40,639 nt of DNA from an uncultured Kineothrix sp. Lineage in GTDB: Bacteria > Bacillota > Clostridia > Lachnospirales > Lachnospiraceae. Positions 26,820-35,485 of this stretch are shown here, piece after piece. The notes beneath the pieces were generated by a model. That model was not told the DNA's origin. It ran no database searches and saw only the letters and a list, made by a program, of their open reading frames with translations. Each line of letters starts with the position of its first letter. Positions within the stretch are counted from its first letter, which is position 1. The translations under genes were made by a program, and so were the position numbers. The DNA is taken from positions 1-40,639 of the forward strand of contig CAJUSR010000032.1 of the NCBI GenBank assembly GCA_910588855.1, in the 5' to 3' direction.

Positions 26820-28202
26820 ATGTCAGAGAAAAAAGTACCTTACAAAATTTATTTGGAAGAAAACGAAATGCCGAAACAATGGTATAATGTGCGTGCGGAT
26901 ATGAAAAATAAACCGGCGCCGTTGTTGAATCCGGGGACATTGAAGCCGATGACCTTTGAAGAGCTGCAGGGAGTATTTTGTGATGAACTTGTAAAACAGG
27001 AACTGAACGATACGGATGCCTATATTGATATCCCGCAGGAAATACAGGATTTTTATAAGATGTATCGTCCGGCGCCATTGGTAAGGGCATATTGTCTGGA
27101 GAAAAAGCTTCAGACACCGGCAAAGATTTATTATAAGTTTGAAGGGAACAATACAAGCGGTAGCCACAAGCTAAATTCGGCCATCGCGCAAGCCTATTAT
27201 GCAAAGCAGCAAGGGCTGGCAGGTGTAACAACGGAAACCGGGGCGGGGCAGTGGGGAACAGCGCTTTCTATGGCCTGTTCATATTTTGATTTGGACTGCC
27301 GTGTATATATGGTAAAAGTGTCTTATGAGCAGAAGCCGTTCCGCCGGGAAGTAATGCGCACTTATGGGGCAAAAGTGACGCCATCCCCATCCGATACGAC
27401 AAACGTAGGCCGGAAGATTCTTGCCCAATTCCCGGGAACAGGCGGGAGCCTTGGCTGTGCGATTTCGGAAGCTGTAGAGGCGGCAACAAGTATGGACGGT
27501 TACCGGTACGTATTGGGGAGCGTATTGTCGCAGGTGCTTCTGCATCAATCCATTATTGGGGAAGAAACAAAAGTAGCATTAAGAAAATATGATATTAAGC
27601 CGGATATTATTATTGGATGCGCGGGCGGCGGTTCCAATTTGGGCGGACTTATTTCCCCTTTTGTCGGCGAAAAATTAAGGGGCGAGGCAGATTACAGGAT
27701 TATTGCAGTAGAACCGGCATCCTGTCCGAGCTTGACGAGGGGAAAATATGTTTATGATTTCTGCGATACCGGGAAAGTCTGCCCATTGGCTAAAATGTAT
27801 ACGTTGGGGAGCGGCTTTATGCCGGCAGCTAACCATGCAGGCGGTTTAAGGTATCATGGCATGAGTTCTGTCGTTTCCCAGCTGTACGATGACGGTTTGC
27901 TGGAAGCTGTCAGTGTGGAGCAGACAGCGGTATTTAAGGCTGCGGAACAGTTTGCAAGGGTAGAAGGTATCCTTCCGGCTCCGGAAAGCTCTCATGCAAT
28001 AAAAGTTGCAATTGATGAAGCGATGAAATGTAAGGAAACAGGAGAGGAAAAAACCATTGTTTTCGGGCTTACTGGTACCGGATATTTCGACATGGTGGCT
28101 TATGGGAAGTTCCATGATGGAGAAATGTCGGATTATATCCCTACGGATGAAGATTTGTCGAAAGGATTTGCAGGAATCCCTGCATTTCCGGGGAATGAGT
28201 AA
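26820..28202 (+). CDS. trpB: TrpB2-type tryptophan synthase beta-chain-like PLP enzyme
   Basis: RBS AAAGGAG. 460 aa with an N-terminal extension. PLP-lysine motif NNTSGSHKLNSA. The glycine-rich loop GCAGGGSNLGG is present. This is the typical TrpB2 length. Confidence 0.8.
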   Translation: MSEKKVPYKIYLEENEMPKQWYNVRADMKNKPAPLLNPGTLKPMTFEELQGVFCDELVKQELNDTDAYIDIPQEIQDFYKMYRPAPLVRAYCLEKKLQTPAKIYYKFEGNNTSGSHKLNSAIAQAYYAKQQGLAGVTTETGAGQWGTALSMACSYFDLDCRVYMVKVSYEQKPFRREVMRTYGAKVTPSPSDTTNVGRKILAQFPGTGGSLGCAISEAVEAATSMDGYRYVLGSVLSQVLLHQSIIGEETKVALRKYDIKPDIIIGCAGGGSNLGGLISPFVGEKLRGEADYRIIAVEPASCPSLTRGKYVYDFCDTGKVCPLAKMYTLGSGFMPAANHAGGLRYHGMSSVVSQLYDDGLLEAVSVEQTAVFKAAEQFARVEGILPAPESSHAIKVAIDEAMKCKETGEEKTIVFGLTGTGYFDMVAYGKFHDGEMSDYIPTDEDLSKGFAGIPAFPGNE

Positions 28203-28667
28203 CAGGTTGGAAACCGGCCGGCAAGAGGCGGAGAGCATTTAGGCCATTTTCTTTTACGGGTAGGAGATTGCGGAGCAATCTCCTATTCTGATTTGGGTGC
28301 CAAATACTCTTTATAGCGGCACAGTCCTGCCTTTGAATCCTGCACTGCAAAATCCATCTAAGAAAGATGTATACTTGTGGGCAAAAGAAATTTTTATTTT
28401 CGGAAAAGTATTTACCTGTCCTCCGCAATGTATATTTAATACCTCGTTCTTAGTGGATACATAATTTTGAAAAGGGAGAAGGAAAAAGGAAGGTTGGAAC
28501 AGACGCGTTTAGGCGGAGTGGAAATATGCTATTCGGGCGATTTTTTATCGAACCGCTGTGGCAAACAGCAGTTTGTAAGCAGGGGATTTTAGGGCGGGCA
28601 GCGTTGTGAGGATTTCTGGTTTTTTGCTTTAGGGAATGGTATCCTTCTAATTTGTTTGTTTTAGGGC

Positions 28668-28696
28668 TTGACAATTGGGCAATAAGCATGTAAAAT
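28668..28696 (+). promoter_or_regulatory. Sigma-70 promoter for tRNA-Arg (TTGACA-17-TAAAAT)
   Basis: TTGACA at 28668-28673 and TAAAAT at 28691-28696, about 45 nt upstream of the tRNA. Confidence 0.6.
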
Positions 28697-28743
28697 ATAG
28701 TCGTTGCGGAACGAGTTCTGTTTTGAAGAAATCCGTAACGTAT

Positions 28744-28817
28744 GTGCGCTTAGCTCAGCTGGATAGAGCGTTTGGCTACGGACCAAAAGGTCGGGGGTTC
28801 GAATCCTCTAGCGCACG
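28744..28817 (+). tRNA. tRNA-Arg (anticodon ACG). Its 3' end is the integration site of the downstream island.
   Basis: Acceptor GTGCGCT/AGCGCAC, D-arm GCTCAGCTGGATAGAGC, anticodon stem-loop TTTGG CTACGGA CCAAA, T-loop TTCGAAT. The 3' 18 nt are repeated at 38476-38494. Confidence 0.75.
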
Positions 28818-28936
28818 TTGGGTTTTTGAGAGGCGGAAATGCTGATAAAACGGGCATTTCTGCCTTTTTCTTTTTCATTTTTTGGGGTAAAAAGTGTAAC
28901 AAATCTTGTTACACTTTGTTACGCTTTTTTCGTCCT

Positions 28937-30282
28937 TCAGGTTGAAAGACTCTGCTCCAGAACTTTCTCAAGTTCTTCCGATGACTTGCGACCCCGGCAG
29001 TACTTCATCGTCATTTCGATGTTCTCATGTCCGGCAATCCGGCGTATCTCGTCAGGATTCAGACCTGAGTCGAAGAGACGCGAAATATAAGAGCGTCTAA
29101 TATTGTGACAGCTCTTGGCAAATGGAAGGTCAAGATGGTTCGGGTTGCAGTACTTTTTAAGGCGGCAGTCAAATACTCGTTGGTTGCACATACCCTGTTT
29201 CCTTTGAAATACAAGGTCTTTATCTCCGCAGGGGTATCCGTTCTTTTTGTTTAACTCCCTGATTTGCCTAAAATACTCTCTGGCTTTGGCGGTAAGATAA
29301 ATTTTTCGCATTCCAGCCGATGTTTTGGCGTGTGGAGTTATCATATAACCATCTCTTTTCAGGCCGCCATCTGCAGTTTTGCTTTGCTTTTCTGTCACCA
29401 TCTGGTTGATATGAAGGTAGTTTCCCTTTATGTCGCAGTTACGCAAGGCACACAATTCTCCGACCCTCATGCCGGTAAGGAACAGGATGCAGATTCCAAG
29501 AGGCAGTGCAGAATCATTTTCCATGCTGTCCTTCTCCGCTTCTTCCATAACCAATTGCTGTTCTTTTTCGGTGAAGACCTCTTCATTTTCCTCTTTAGGC
29601 GTGACAGGTTTGAAGAGGTTGGCGTTGAATTTGATGTCTTTTAGCCTGTTTGCCTCTATGATTTCTTCATCTACAGCGTAATCCAGCATAGAATTCAAGG
29701 TTCTTTTAATATTGGAAAAGTACTTTTTTTCAGGCTGTGGTCTTTGATTATCCGGCATCCCCATGCTTTTAATTTTGTCCTTCCAAGCTGGCTTAACGGA
29801 ATATCTGCAATGCTATCTTTTATATAGGTTTTCCAGTAGACCAAATCGTCAGCAAGTGTATTCATCCCAACTTCGCACTCTCTTAATTCCAGCCATTGGG
29901 GGTATATAGTTTTCAAGGTACAGGTGTTCGATGGCTTTGGCGGTTCTGCCATCGCATATGTTTCCTTTGATGGCAGAAGCCCCAATTGCATGAATTGCTG
30001 TTTTACTTCCGGCAGATTGGCATAGTATGAGACAATTATCTCTTCCAAATCTGTTCTGCTGGTTTTAACTACCTGTTTCCCATTTGGTAGTCGGGTGTAC
30101 CACCGCCTGTTTGTTTTGTTCTGTGTAATCGGAGTCGTGTGGCACTCCATGATAAACTTATGTATTGCAATCATATTATATAACTGCGCCAGTTCCCTCA
30201 CCGACAGATTATTCGCATCAGCGAAATCAGTCAAGTTCTTTTGCAGTTCAGGGGTTAATTTTTCTAAGTCCGCTGTCATCAT
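28937..30282 (-). pseudogene. int: Tyrosine recombinase/integrase split by a frameshift into an N-terminal arm-binding/SAM-like part (29695-30330 ORF) and a C-terminal catalytic part (28937-29764 ORF)
   Basis: The C-terminal ORF has the catalytic-box residues (...SCHNIRRSYISRL...IAGHENIEMTMKYCR, that is H-x-x-R and a terminal Y). The N-terminal ORF has an integrase N-domain-like sequence (RRWYTRLPNGKQVVKTSRTDLEEI). The two overlap in different frames at 29695-29764. Confidence 0.7.
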
Positions 30283-31603
30283 TAGCTCTGCCCCTTCCCT
30301 TCCCGTAAGGCTGTGCGCCAGAGAAGTCAAAAGAGGTTATGATTCTTTCAGTAGTATTATCCTCCTCATCGCTGAGTACATCTATGTAGTAATACCCATA
30401 CCCCCAATAAAGGTCATCAATGCATCCTTTCATGTGACGGTCATGCTTATCTTTGTCTGGCTTAGAATCGAATTTATGCGGTGCTGTAATGCGGCAGAAG
30501 TAAATGAAGTCATTGCCATATTCTTGGTGTGTATTACGCAGTAGCTTTGCCAGTCGCATATGCTCTTTATAGCCGAATTCCTCCTTTTCAGCGTCATACT
30601 TCTCATCGATTATGATGGATGATTTGTATATATTTGTATCAATATACGGGGGGTCTATGATAAAGATGGAATCCTCGCTTTTCATATATTTTTCAATAAG
30701 CTCCAACGCATACCGCCCATAAATTTCGGTATCTTTCATCCTTTCGTTGAGAAGGGCAATGGCATCCATATTTTTCCTGTATGTGGATAGTGCTTTCCCG
30801 CTGAAAGTATGGCCGGTATTGCGTACTGACAATAGGGTTGTAAACAGGAAGCATGCGGCGGCATCAAGGTTAACCTCTGCATCACTCAGATGCTCCCCAT
30901 TATTTAGCAGGCTTTTACACTGCCCAAATGTATCCTCGTCAACTGGTTTGGACAGCATTTTTTCAAGGAGTATATACATATAATCGCGGATTGCCCGGTA
31001 AAGGTTGACTTTCCTTAGGTCTATGTCGTTGATGACCTCATGGTCTGCAACCTTGAAATTGGAAAAAATACCAAGTGCGCCTACAAAAGCATCAATGCTG
31101 GTCTGCCAGCGTTTGCCTGAAGAGTCGAAGATTTTCTTGATTGCGTCTTGCATCACGGGAGACCATTTGCTTCCTGCGAGTGGCAGAAGTTTCATGGAAT
31201 AGTCAGGCTCAAACTTACCCGGTGCGGGAAGGCTGGATGCCTTTGCCGGTGTGGAGGGTGCTTGCGCCGCACCGGAGAAGTAAAGGTAGTTGGCCAGCAT
31301 TACCGTAACGGTGTTAAAGCTTGTATCATTGGTTGCATAAGCATTGAGAGCCTTGTCCATATCATCTGTGATACGGATGGAATATTTTTTTATAGTTGTG
31401 CGTTCTTCAACAGTAAGAATAATCTGATGAAGTGCAAAGTCATCCATTCTTTTACTGTAAGAAGATTTGGTCAGAAACTCGTGTATCCCCTTGCGGATTG
31501 CTTCAGAAGCATTGTCTGTCTGGAAGTGGTCGCACAGCTGGTTAACGAGTTCAGGGTGCAATGGAATATTTTTGGTTTTATTATATGTTTCTTTTTTTGG
31601 CAT
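30248..31603 (-). CDS. Dam-like (D12 class) N6-adenine DNA methyltransferase with an N-terminal ribbon-helix-helix-like domain and a Pro/Ala-rich linker
   Basis: Motif IV DPPY (IFIIDPPYIDTN). The region SKWSPVMQDAIKKIFDSSGKRW...IDAFVGALGIFSNFKVADHEVINDIDLRKVNLYRAIRD parallels E. coli Dam motif I (KWAGGK...EPFVGAGSVFLN). The N-terminal segment KKYSIRITDDMDKALNAYATNDTSFNTVTVMLANYL is RHH-like. The linker is AAQAPSTPAKASSLPAPG. Confidence 0.65.
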   Translation of the reverse strand: MPKKETYNKTKNIPLHPELVNQLCDHFQTDNASEAIRKGIHEFLTKSSYSKRMDDFALHQIILTVEERTTIKKYSIRITDDMDKALNAYATNDTSFNTVTVMLANYLYFSGAAQAPSTPAKASSLPAPGKFEPDYSMKLLPLAGSKWSPVMQDAIKKIFDSSGKRWQTSIDAFVGALGIFSNFKVADHEVINDIDLRKVNLYRAIRDYMYILLEKMLSKPVDEDTFGQCKSLLNNGEHLSDAEVNLDAAACFLFTTLLSVRNTGHTFSGKALSTYRKNMDAIALLNERMKDTEIYGRYALELIEKYMKSEDSIFIIDPPYIDTNIYKSSIIIDEKYDAEKEEFGYKEHMRLAKLLRNTHQEYGNDFIYFCRITAPHKFDSKPDKDKHDRHMKGCIDDLYWGYGYYYIDVLSDEEDNTTERIITSFDFSGAQPYGKGRGRANDDSGLRKINP

Positions 31604-31752
31604 TTAGATACCTTCCTTTCTGTCTTCAAAAAATTTTTGAAAATGAAGACATTAGGAATAGCCGATATCAGGTAGCAACTCATAAACGATACAAATAAGG
31701 GTAGAAACCACCCATCTCGCTAAAAAAACTGCCATATAGCCTTCCCATAAGG

Positions 31753-31886
31753 CCAACTCATACCTTTTTCTGACAGACTGACTGCCGCCGGGAGTCAACT
31801 CAGCACCTTAAGGAAGCCAACTGGGTTTCCAGATGTGCCAACTGAAGATTCTTCCCAATCCAACTCATGCTCATAAAAAGCCAACT
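31753..31886 (+). repeat. Six phased copies of (C)CAACT(C/G) spaced about 21-22 bp apart
   Basis: CCAACT at 31753, 31817, 31838, 31860 and 31881, and TCAACT at 31795. Spacings are 42, 22, 21, 22 and 21 bp. Confidence 0.6.
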
Positions 31887-31967
31887 GGGGTGCGTTTTTT
31901 TCAAGATGAAAAAAATGAGCCATGCAGTCCGGCGGCGGCAGTCTCCGGGCGGGATGTAATATGTGGT

Positions 31968-32160
31968 CTGAAATGTAATCCGGCACAGTCCAAAAGAAGC
32001 CTGAAATGTAATCTGATATAGTCCAAAAGAATCCTGAAATGTAATCTGGTACAGTCCAAAAAAAATCCTGAAATGTAATCTGGTACAATCCAAAAGAATC
32101 CTGAAATGTAATCTGATATGGCCTAAAAGAAGCCCGGGATGCAATCCGGGGCATTGTCTG
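31968..32160 (+). repeat. Iteron-like tandem array of five 33-34 bp units (CTGAAATGTAATCTGGTACAGTCCAAAAGAATC) plus a degenerate sixth that ends in the palindrome CCGGGATGCAATCCGG
   Basis: Units lie at 31968-32000, 32001-32033, 32034-32067 (34 bp), 32068-32100 and 32101-32133. The change in unit length breaks any reading frame. Confidence 0.8.
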
Positions 32161-32443
32161 ATGAATGGGGTACCCATATTTTTGCTGGTTTTCCCATATA
32201 GGGGGAACCTTCCATCCTCCCCTAAAAACCCGTAAGTCGTACCGCCTAAGGAGCCGCCGGGGTGCCGAGATGAGCAGCTTCCCGGCCTGGCTGTCCAAAA
32301 ACTGCAGGTTATCCCCCGTCTGCGGATTTCCCTTTTGGCGGTATATAGGGGATGCCTTTTCCCAACCCGCATACGGATGTCTTTCCCGTTCCCCGTGAGT
32401 TGCCATTATATTTTTAAAATAAAAAGTTTTGGAGGTATGAGTC

Positions 32444-32941
32444 ATGGCAGTGAGGGATACGAAAAACAGCGGCAGCCATAACGCCAGCCGGAAGTATGGC
32501 GTTATCTGCCGGCAGGAGGAGGCCTGTATTGTAAGGAAGATGGGGGTGGCGGAGAAGGATACCGCAGGGCTGGGCAGTCTTGGCGCGCTCTTTTCCTGCA
32601 TGAGGGCGGGCGATACCCTTTGCGTGCCGGGCGTGGCATCCTTTGCGTCAAGCGCGGGTGATTTGTGGATGAAGATGCAGAGCCTGTCAGCGCGGGGGGC
32701 AGGTTTCCAGTCCGGCAGTGAGCGTTATCTGGACTTCTCATGCACCAGCCCCCTGCCCGCAGTTGTGGCGGAGACGCTGAAGGCCTTTGCGTCGCGTGAG
32801 GCGGGGTTTGTAAGCTGGGTGCAGTGCAGCAGGCTCCCCGAGGCCGCCAAGATGGCATTGGCAGTGCGTATCCGGGCGGAGTCTATTGCGGGCATCGCAT
32901 TGGTCTTCCAGAATAATGGCATAAGGAAGAAGGGTGGCTGA
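32444..32941 (+). CDS. Degenerate serine-recombinase (resolvase) catalytic-domain paralog in which the nucleophile Ser is replaced by Cys and the catalytic Arg residues are lost. It may be a pseudogene.
   Basis: KYGVICRQEEA aligns with GYIRVSTEEQ of the adjacent resolvase. ALFSCMRAGDTLCV aligns with AMLQYVREGDVVVA. VASFASSAGDL replaces the D-R-L-x-R block. It has no C-terminal HTH. It lies in a GC-rich patch (about 60% GC) with overlapping ORFs in other frames. Confidence 0.4.
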   Translation: MAVRDTKNSGSHNASRKYGVICRQEEACIVRKMGVAEKDTAGLGSLGALFSCMRAGDTLCVPGVASFASSAGDLWMKMQSLSARGAGFQSGSERYLDFSCTSPLPAVVAETLKAFASREAGFVSWVQCSRLPEAAKMALAVRIRAESIAGIALVFQNNGIRKKGG

Positions 32942-33105
32942 AGCCTCCTGCGCCTGTGCCGCCCCTGCGTGCCTGTGCGGCTCGTGTGCGCCTGTGCCGC
33001 CCCCATATACGGCTTCCCTGCTGGATGGGGTGGTACGGGTGCTTTTTTGCGTTCCTGGGCATTCCGGGGAAGCTGGCGGGCATATACCGTCTCTCTGGGG
33101 TATCC

Positions 33106-33216
33106 CCTAATGGCATGGGTTCTGGCCGCTGTTTTCCTGTGCCATTAGGGTGGCTTTCCGTTTTCTGGGATGTGCCAGGGGAAAACCGAGGCCTATTGGC
33201 ACAGTCCTAATGCCGC
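33106..33216 (+). promoter_or_regulatory. Candidate res-like recombinase binding site with three copies of CCTAATGGCA-type half-sites upstream of the resolvase gene
   Basis: CCTAATGGCA (33106-33115), its inverted copy TGCCATTAGG (33140-33149) and CCTAATGCCG (33207-33216), about 65-175 bp upstream of ATG 33281. Confidence 0.35.
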
Positions 33217-33280
33217 ATTATATCCTGTGTAGCGTTTTGTGGTTTCCTGCGGATGTGATTCCGCAGAGTAAGGGGGCAGT

Positions 33281-33862
33281 ATGAAAGTAGGATATATCAG
33301 AGTCAGTACAGAAGAACAGAACACGGAAAGGCAGGAAGCCCTCATGCGCGAGTTGGGCGCAGGGAAGGTGTTCATGGAGAAGGCAACGGGCAATACCCGG
33401 GAAGACAGGGCACAGCTGGAGGCCATGCTCCAGTATGTGCGTGAGGGGGATGTGGTGGTGGCGGAGTCCATCTCCCGCATCGCCCGCAATACAAAAGACC
33501 TGCTTGATATCGTGGAAAGGCAGGAATATAAGGGCGTGGACTTCATATCGAAAAAAGAGGCGATTGACACCAAGACACCGTCAGGGAAGTTCATGCTGAC
33601 AGTCTTTGGCGCAATCGCACAGTTGGAGCGGGAGTATATCTTAGACCGCCAGAGGGAGGGGATTGAGATTGCCAGACAGAAGGGGAAGTATAAAGGACGT
33701 AAGCCGGTTGCCATTGACGAAGGAAGATTTATGGAGGTATACGGAAGATGGAAGTCCGGCAGTATCAGGGGGGTAGAGGCGATGCACGAGTTAGGACTGA
33801 AACCATCTACTTTTTACAGGCGCGTGAGGGAGTATGAAGGCGGAAGCCGCGGGCATGAGTGA
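33281..33862 (+). CDS. Small serine recombinase (resolvase/invertase family, Hin/Gin/Tn3-resolvase-like) with a C-terminal HTH
   Basis: MKVGYIRVSTEEQNTERQ is the catalytic Ser motif. VREGDVVVAESISRIARN carries the R-x-x-R. The C-terminal HTH is VEAMHELGLKPSTFYRRVREY. RBS AAGGGGG lies upstream. Confidence 0.9.
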   Translation: MKVGYIRVSTEEQNTERQEALMRELGAGKVFMEKATGNTREDRAQLEAMLQYVREGDVVVAESISRIARNTKDLLDIVERQEYKGVDFISKKEAIDTKTPSGKFMLTVFGAIAQLEREYILDRQREGIEIARQKGKYKGRKPVAIDEGRFMEVYGRWKSGSIRGVEAMHELGLKPSTFYRRVREYEGGSRGHE

Positions 33863-33939
33863 GCCCGTCCTGCGGCGAGCCGGATGCCGGAAAGAGGGAG
33901 GGTTCCATGCATGGTTTGTGCCTGTAAAGCAGTTTGGGG

Positions 33940-34360
33940 TATACGCTGGATGGACTGCCATATGATATGCAATACTTTACCCTGACAGATGAGTAATATA
34001 ACGCAAAATTAATAATCCTGCAACAAACAGCCAAGAGAGACCTGCCCGGACGGACAGGCCTTTCTTGGTTTAGAGATATAAAAAAACATGTTCCATATAC
34101 ATTGTTCATTCAGATATATGTAGAGTTCTTTTATTAACAACATGATAAGTACCACTGGGCATAAGGGAAATTAGGGGAAAGAAAGATGGTTACAGATATT
34201 CCCCGGATACCTGAATAAAGCCGGCTGGTATCTCTCAGGGGTGGCGGGCGGGTTCAGACCAGTATGGGGTGTGAGGCGATGCGGCCAGCGTTATGTATTG
34301 CGTCTTAGGTAGTCCTCCAGCTCAGTAGGTTATGATGGGTTGCTCTGGGGTACTGGGTTT
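33940..34360 (+). repeat. Copy 1 of a roughly 420-bp duplicated module: lipoprotein 3'-end remnant (...FTLTDE stop), a strong hairpin, an AT-rich spacer and a degenerate resolvase 3' end
   Basis: It aligns along its length with 36260-36700. A 60-bp remnant homologous to the 3' end of the 35486-36325 gene lies at 33940-34003. An imperfect hairpin lies at 34031-34068. GAGGCGATGC and surrounding bases resemble the resolvase C-terminal coding sequence. A further resolvase-tail remnant TTTTACCGGCGCGTGAGGGAATATGAGGGG lies at 34355-34386. Confidence 0.7.
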
Positions 34361-34886
34361 TACCGGCGCGTGAGGGAATATGAGGGGAATACCCCACGAA
34401 CCATGTGGCAGTTCTATAAGGGATGGGAAGGCAGAAAGCGTAAGGAAGCCGCCCTATTTGAGACTTGTAAAGAATAACCTTGTATGCTAAAATGTGAGTT
34501 GAGAAATTCAAGGACGATAAGGTGTACCACCCCAGAGAGTTGGCGCTCTCTGGGGTAAGGGATGGTAATCTCACTACCACACGATACAGACAAAGTCTGC
34601 GATACACGCAAGAATTATTATAAGGTAATCGGGCATAAAAAACAATGCCTTTTGCGTGCTGTCAGGCTCTGTCTGTGCCTCATGATATAGAAACGGGGTG
34701 TAGAGTGTGGACGCATACTTGCACCCCGTTCTTGATTTCTCACTGGAGTGCGTTGGCGGCGGGCAGTTTGCCGCCGGGGGACTCCCCAGTGAGGAATCGG
34801 AGTCTGGAAGGACTGCGATTAGTTGTCGTGCAATCGCGGTTCCTTTTTTTTGCTTCGGGAAAATACAGAAGGAAAGGAGAACCAGT

Positions 34887-35465
34887 ATGAACAGTAATGA
34901 TATTTTTAAACTTTTGGACTGTGTTGGGAGGGCTACCGCAAGAAAACTGCCTGAGATAGTGGAGCCGCTGCCTGTATGTGGGAAAACCCTGAGCAACGCC
35001 CTGTCCGCAGTAAGGCAGGGGATTGATGATTACTGCAACCAGCGGATATCCCCCGAAGAGTATGGCAGGATCCAGGCGGCATTCCATGAGACAGCTCGGG
35101 AAGAGGCGGCACAGGCAGTTCCCCCGGCCTTTATGGACTGCGTCATATTCCAATGCAAGCCGGGGTGTACCCTGACAGATGCCCAGCAGGGCATGCTGGC
35201 AGATGTCCTGGAAGGCGGGGCGGAAGAAGAAAACGATATCATCAGCGGCTTTATTTCAAGGTATCTGGGCGGCAGTGTCTGGAGGGATGAGGACTATTAC
35301 ATAGGCGATGACTATGTCAGTCTCAATTTTATGGAGTATGACGAATACCCATATGACGGGGAGGTGCTGAGCCGGCTTCAGGAAGCCCTCAATGAGGTTG
35401 TGGGATGTAAGGCATTCCAGTATTTTGTAGCATCGGGGCATGAAGAAAGCCATGATGGATGGTGA
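34887..35465 (+). CDS. Hypothetical acidic cytoplasmic protein (192 aa) of unknown function
   Basis: RBS AAGGAGAA before ATG 34887. Asp/Glu/Tyr-rich C-terminus. No recognisable motif. It sits inside the duplicated-module region of the island. Confidence 0.45.
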   Translation: MNSNDIFKLLDCVGRATARKLPEIVEPLPVCGKTLSNALSAVRQGIDDYCNQRISPEEYGRIQAAFHETAREEAAQAVPPAFMDCVIFQCKPGCTLTDAQQGMLADVLEGGAEEENDIISGFISRYLGGSVWRDEDYYIGDDYVSLNFMEYDEYPYDGEVLSRLQEALNEVVGCKAFQYFVASGHEESHDGW

Positions 35466-35485
35466 GAAAGGAAGGAGATTATCTG

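Noticed and set aside
26474-26887. 137 aa plus-strand ORF between the alpha-glucosidase and trpB2
   Set aside because: It covers the T-box leader (conserved GGGTGGCACCGCAG and a terminator) and runs through the trpB2 RBS, so it is a non-coding leader RNA.
28210-28330. Possible relic of the MITE inverted repeat near 28280-28330 (TTGGGTGCCAAATACTCTTTATAGCGGCACAGTCCTGCC)
   Set aside because: It shares only short words (GGGTG.CAAA, GCGGCAC) with the 58-bp TIR and cannot be aligned convincingly.
31795-32601. 268 aa minus-strand ORF with repeated GLYQITFQDSF / WTVPDYISGFF peptide motifs
   Set aside because: The peptide repeats are two different frames of the same 33/34-bp DNA iteron. Unit-length variation shifts the frame, which coding repeats would not tolerate, so this is a translation artefact of the iteron array.
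32502-33116. Several 77-118 aa ORFs on the minus strand within the GC-rich patch
   Set aside because: High-GC DNA gives long stop-free stretches in many frames. The translations are Pro/Arg/Ala-rich low-complexity and overlap the resolvase-like ORF, so they were not called.
34305-34996. 100-140 aa minus-strand ORFs between the duplicated module and the acidic-protein gene
   Set aside because: They overlap repeat and hairpin sequence, have no RBS and no conserved motifs. The region is better explained as decayed resolvase-tail remnants.
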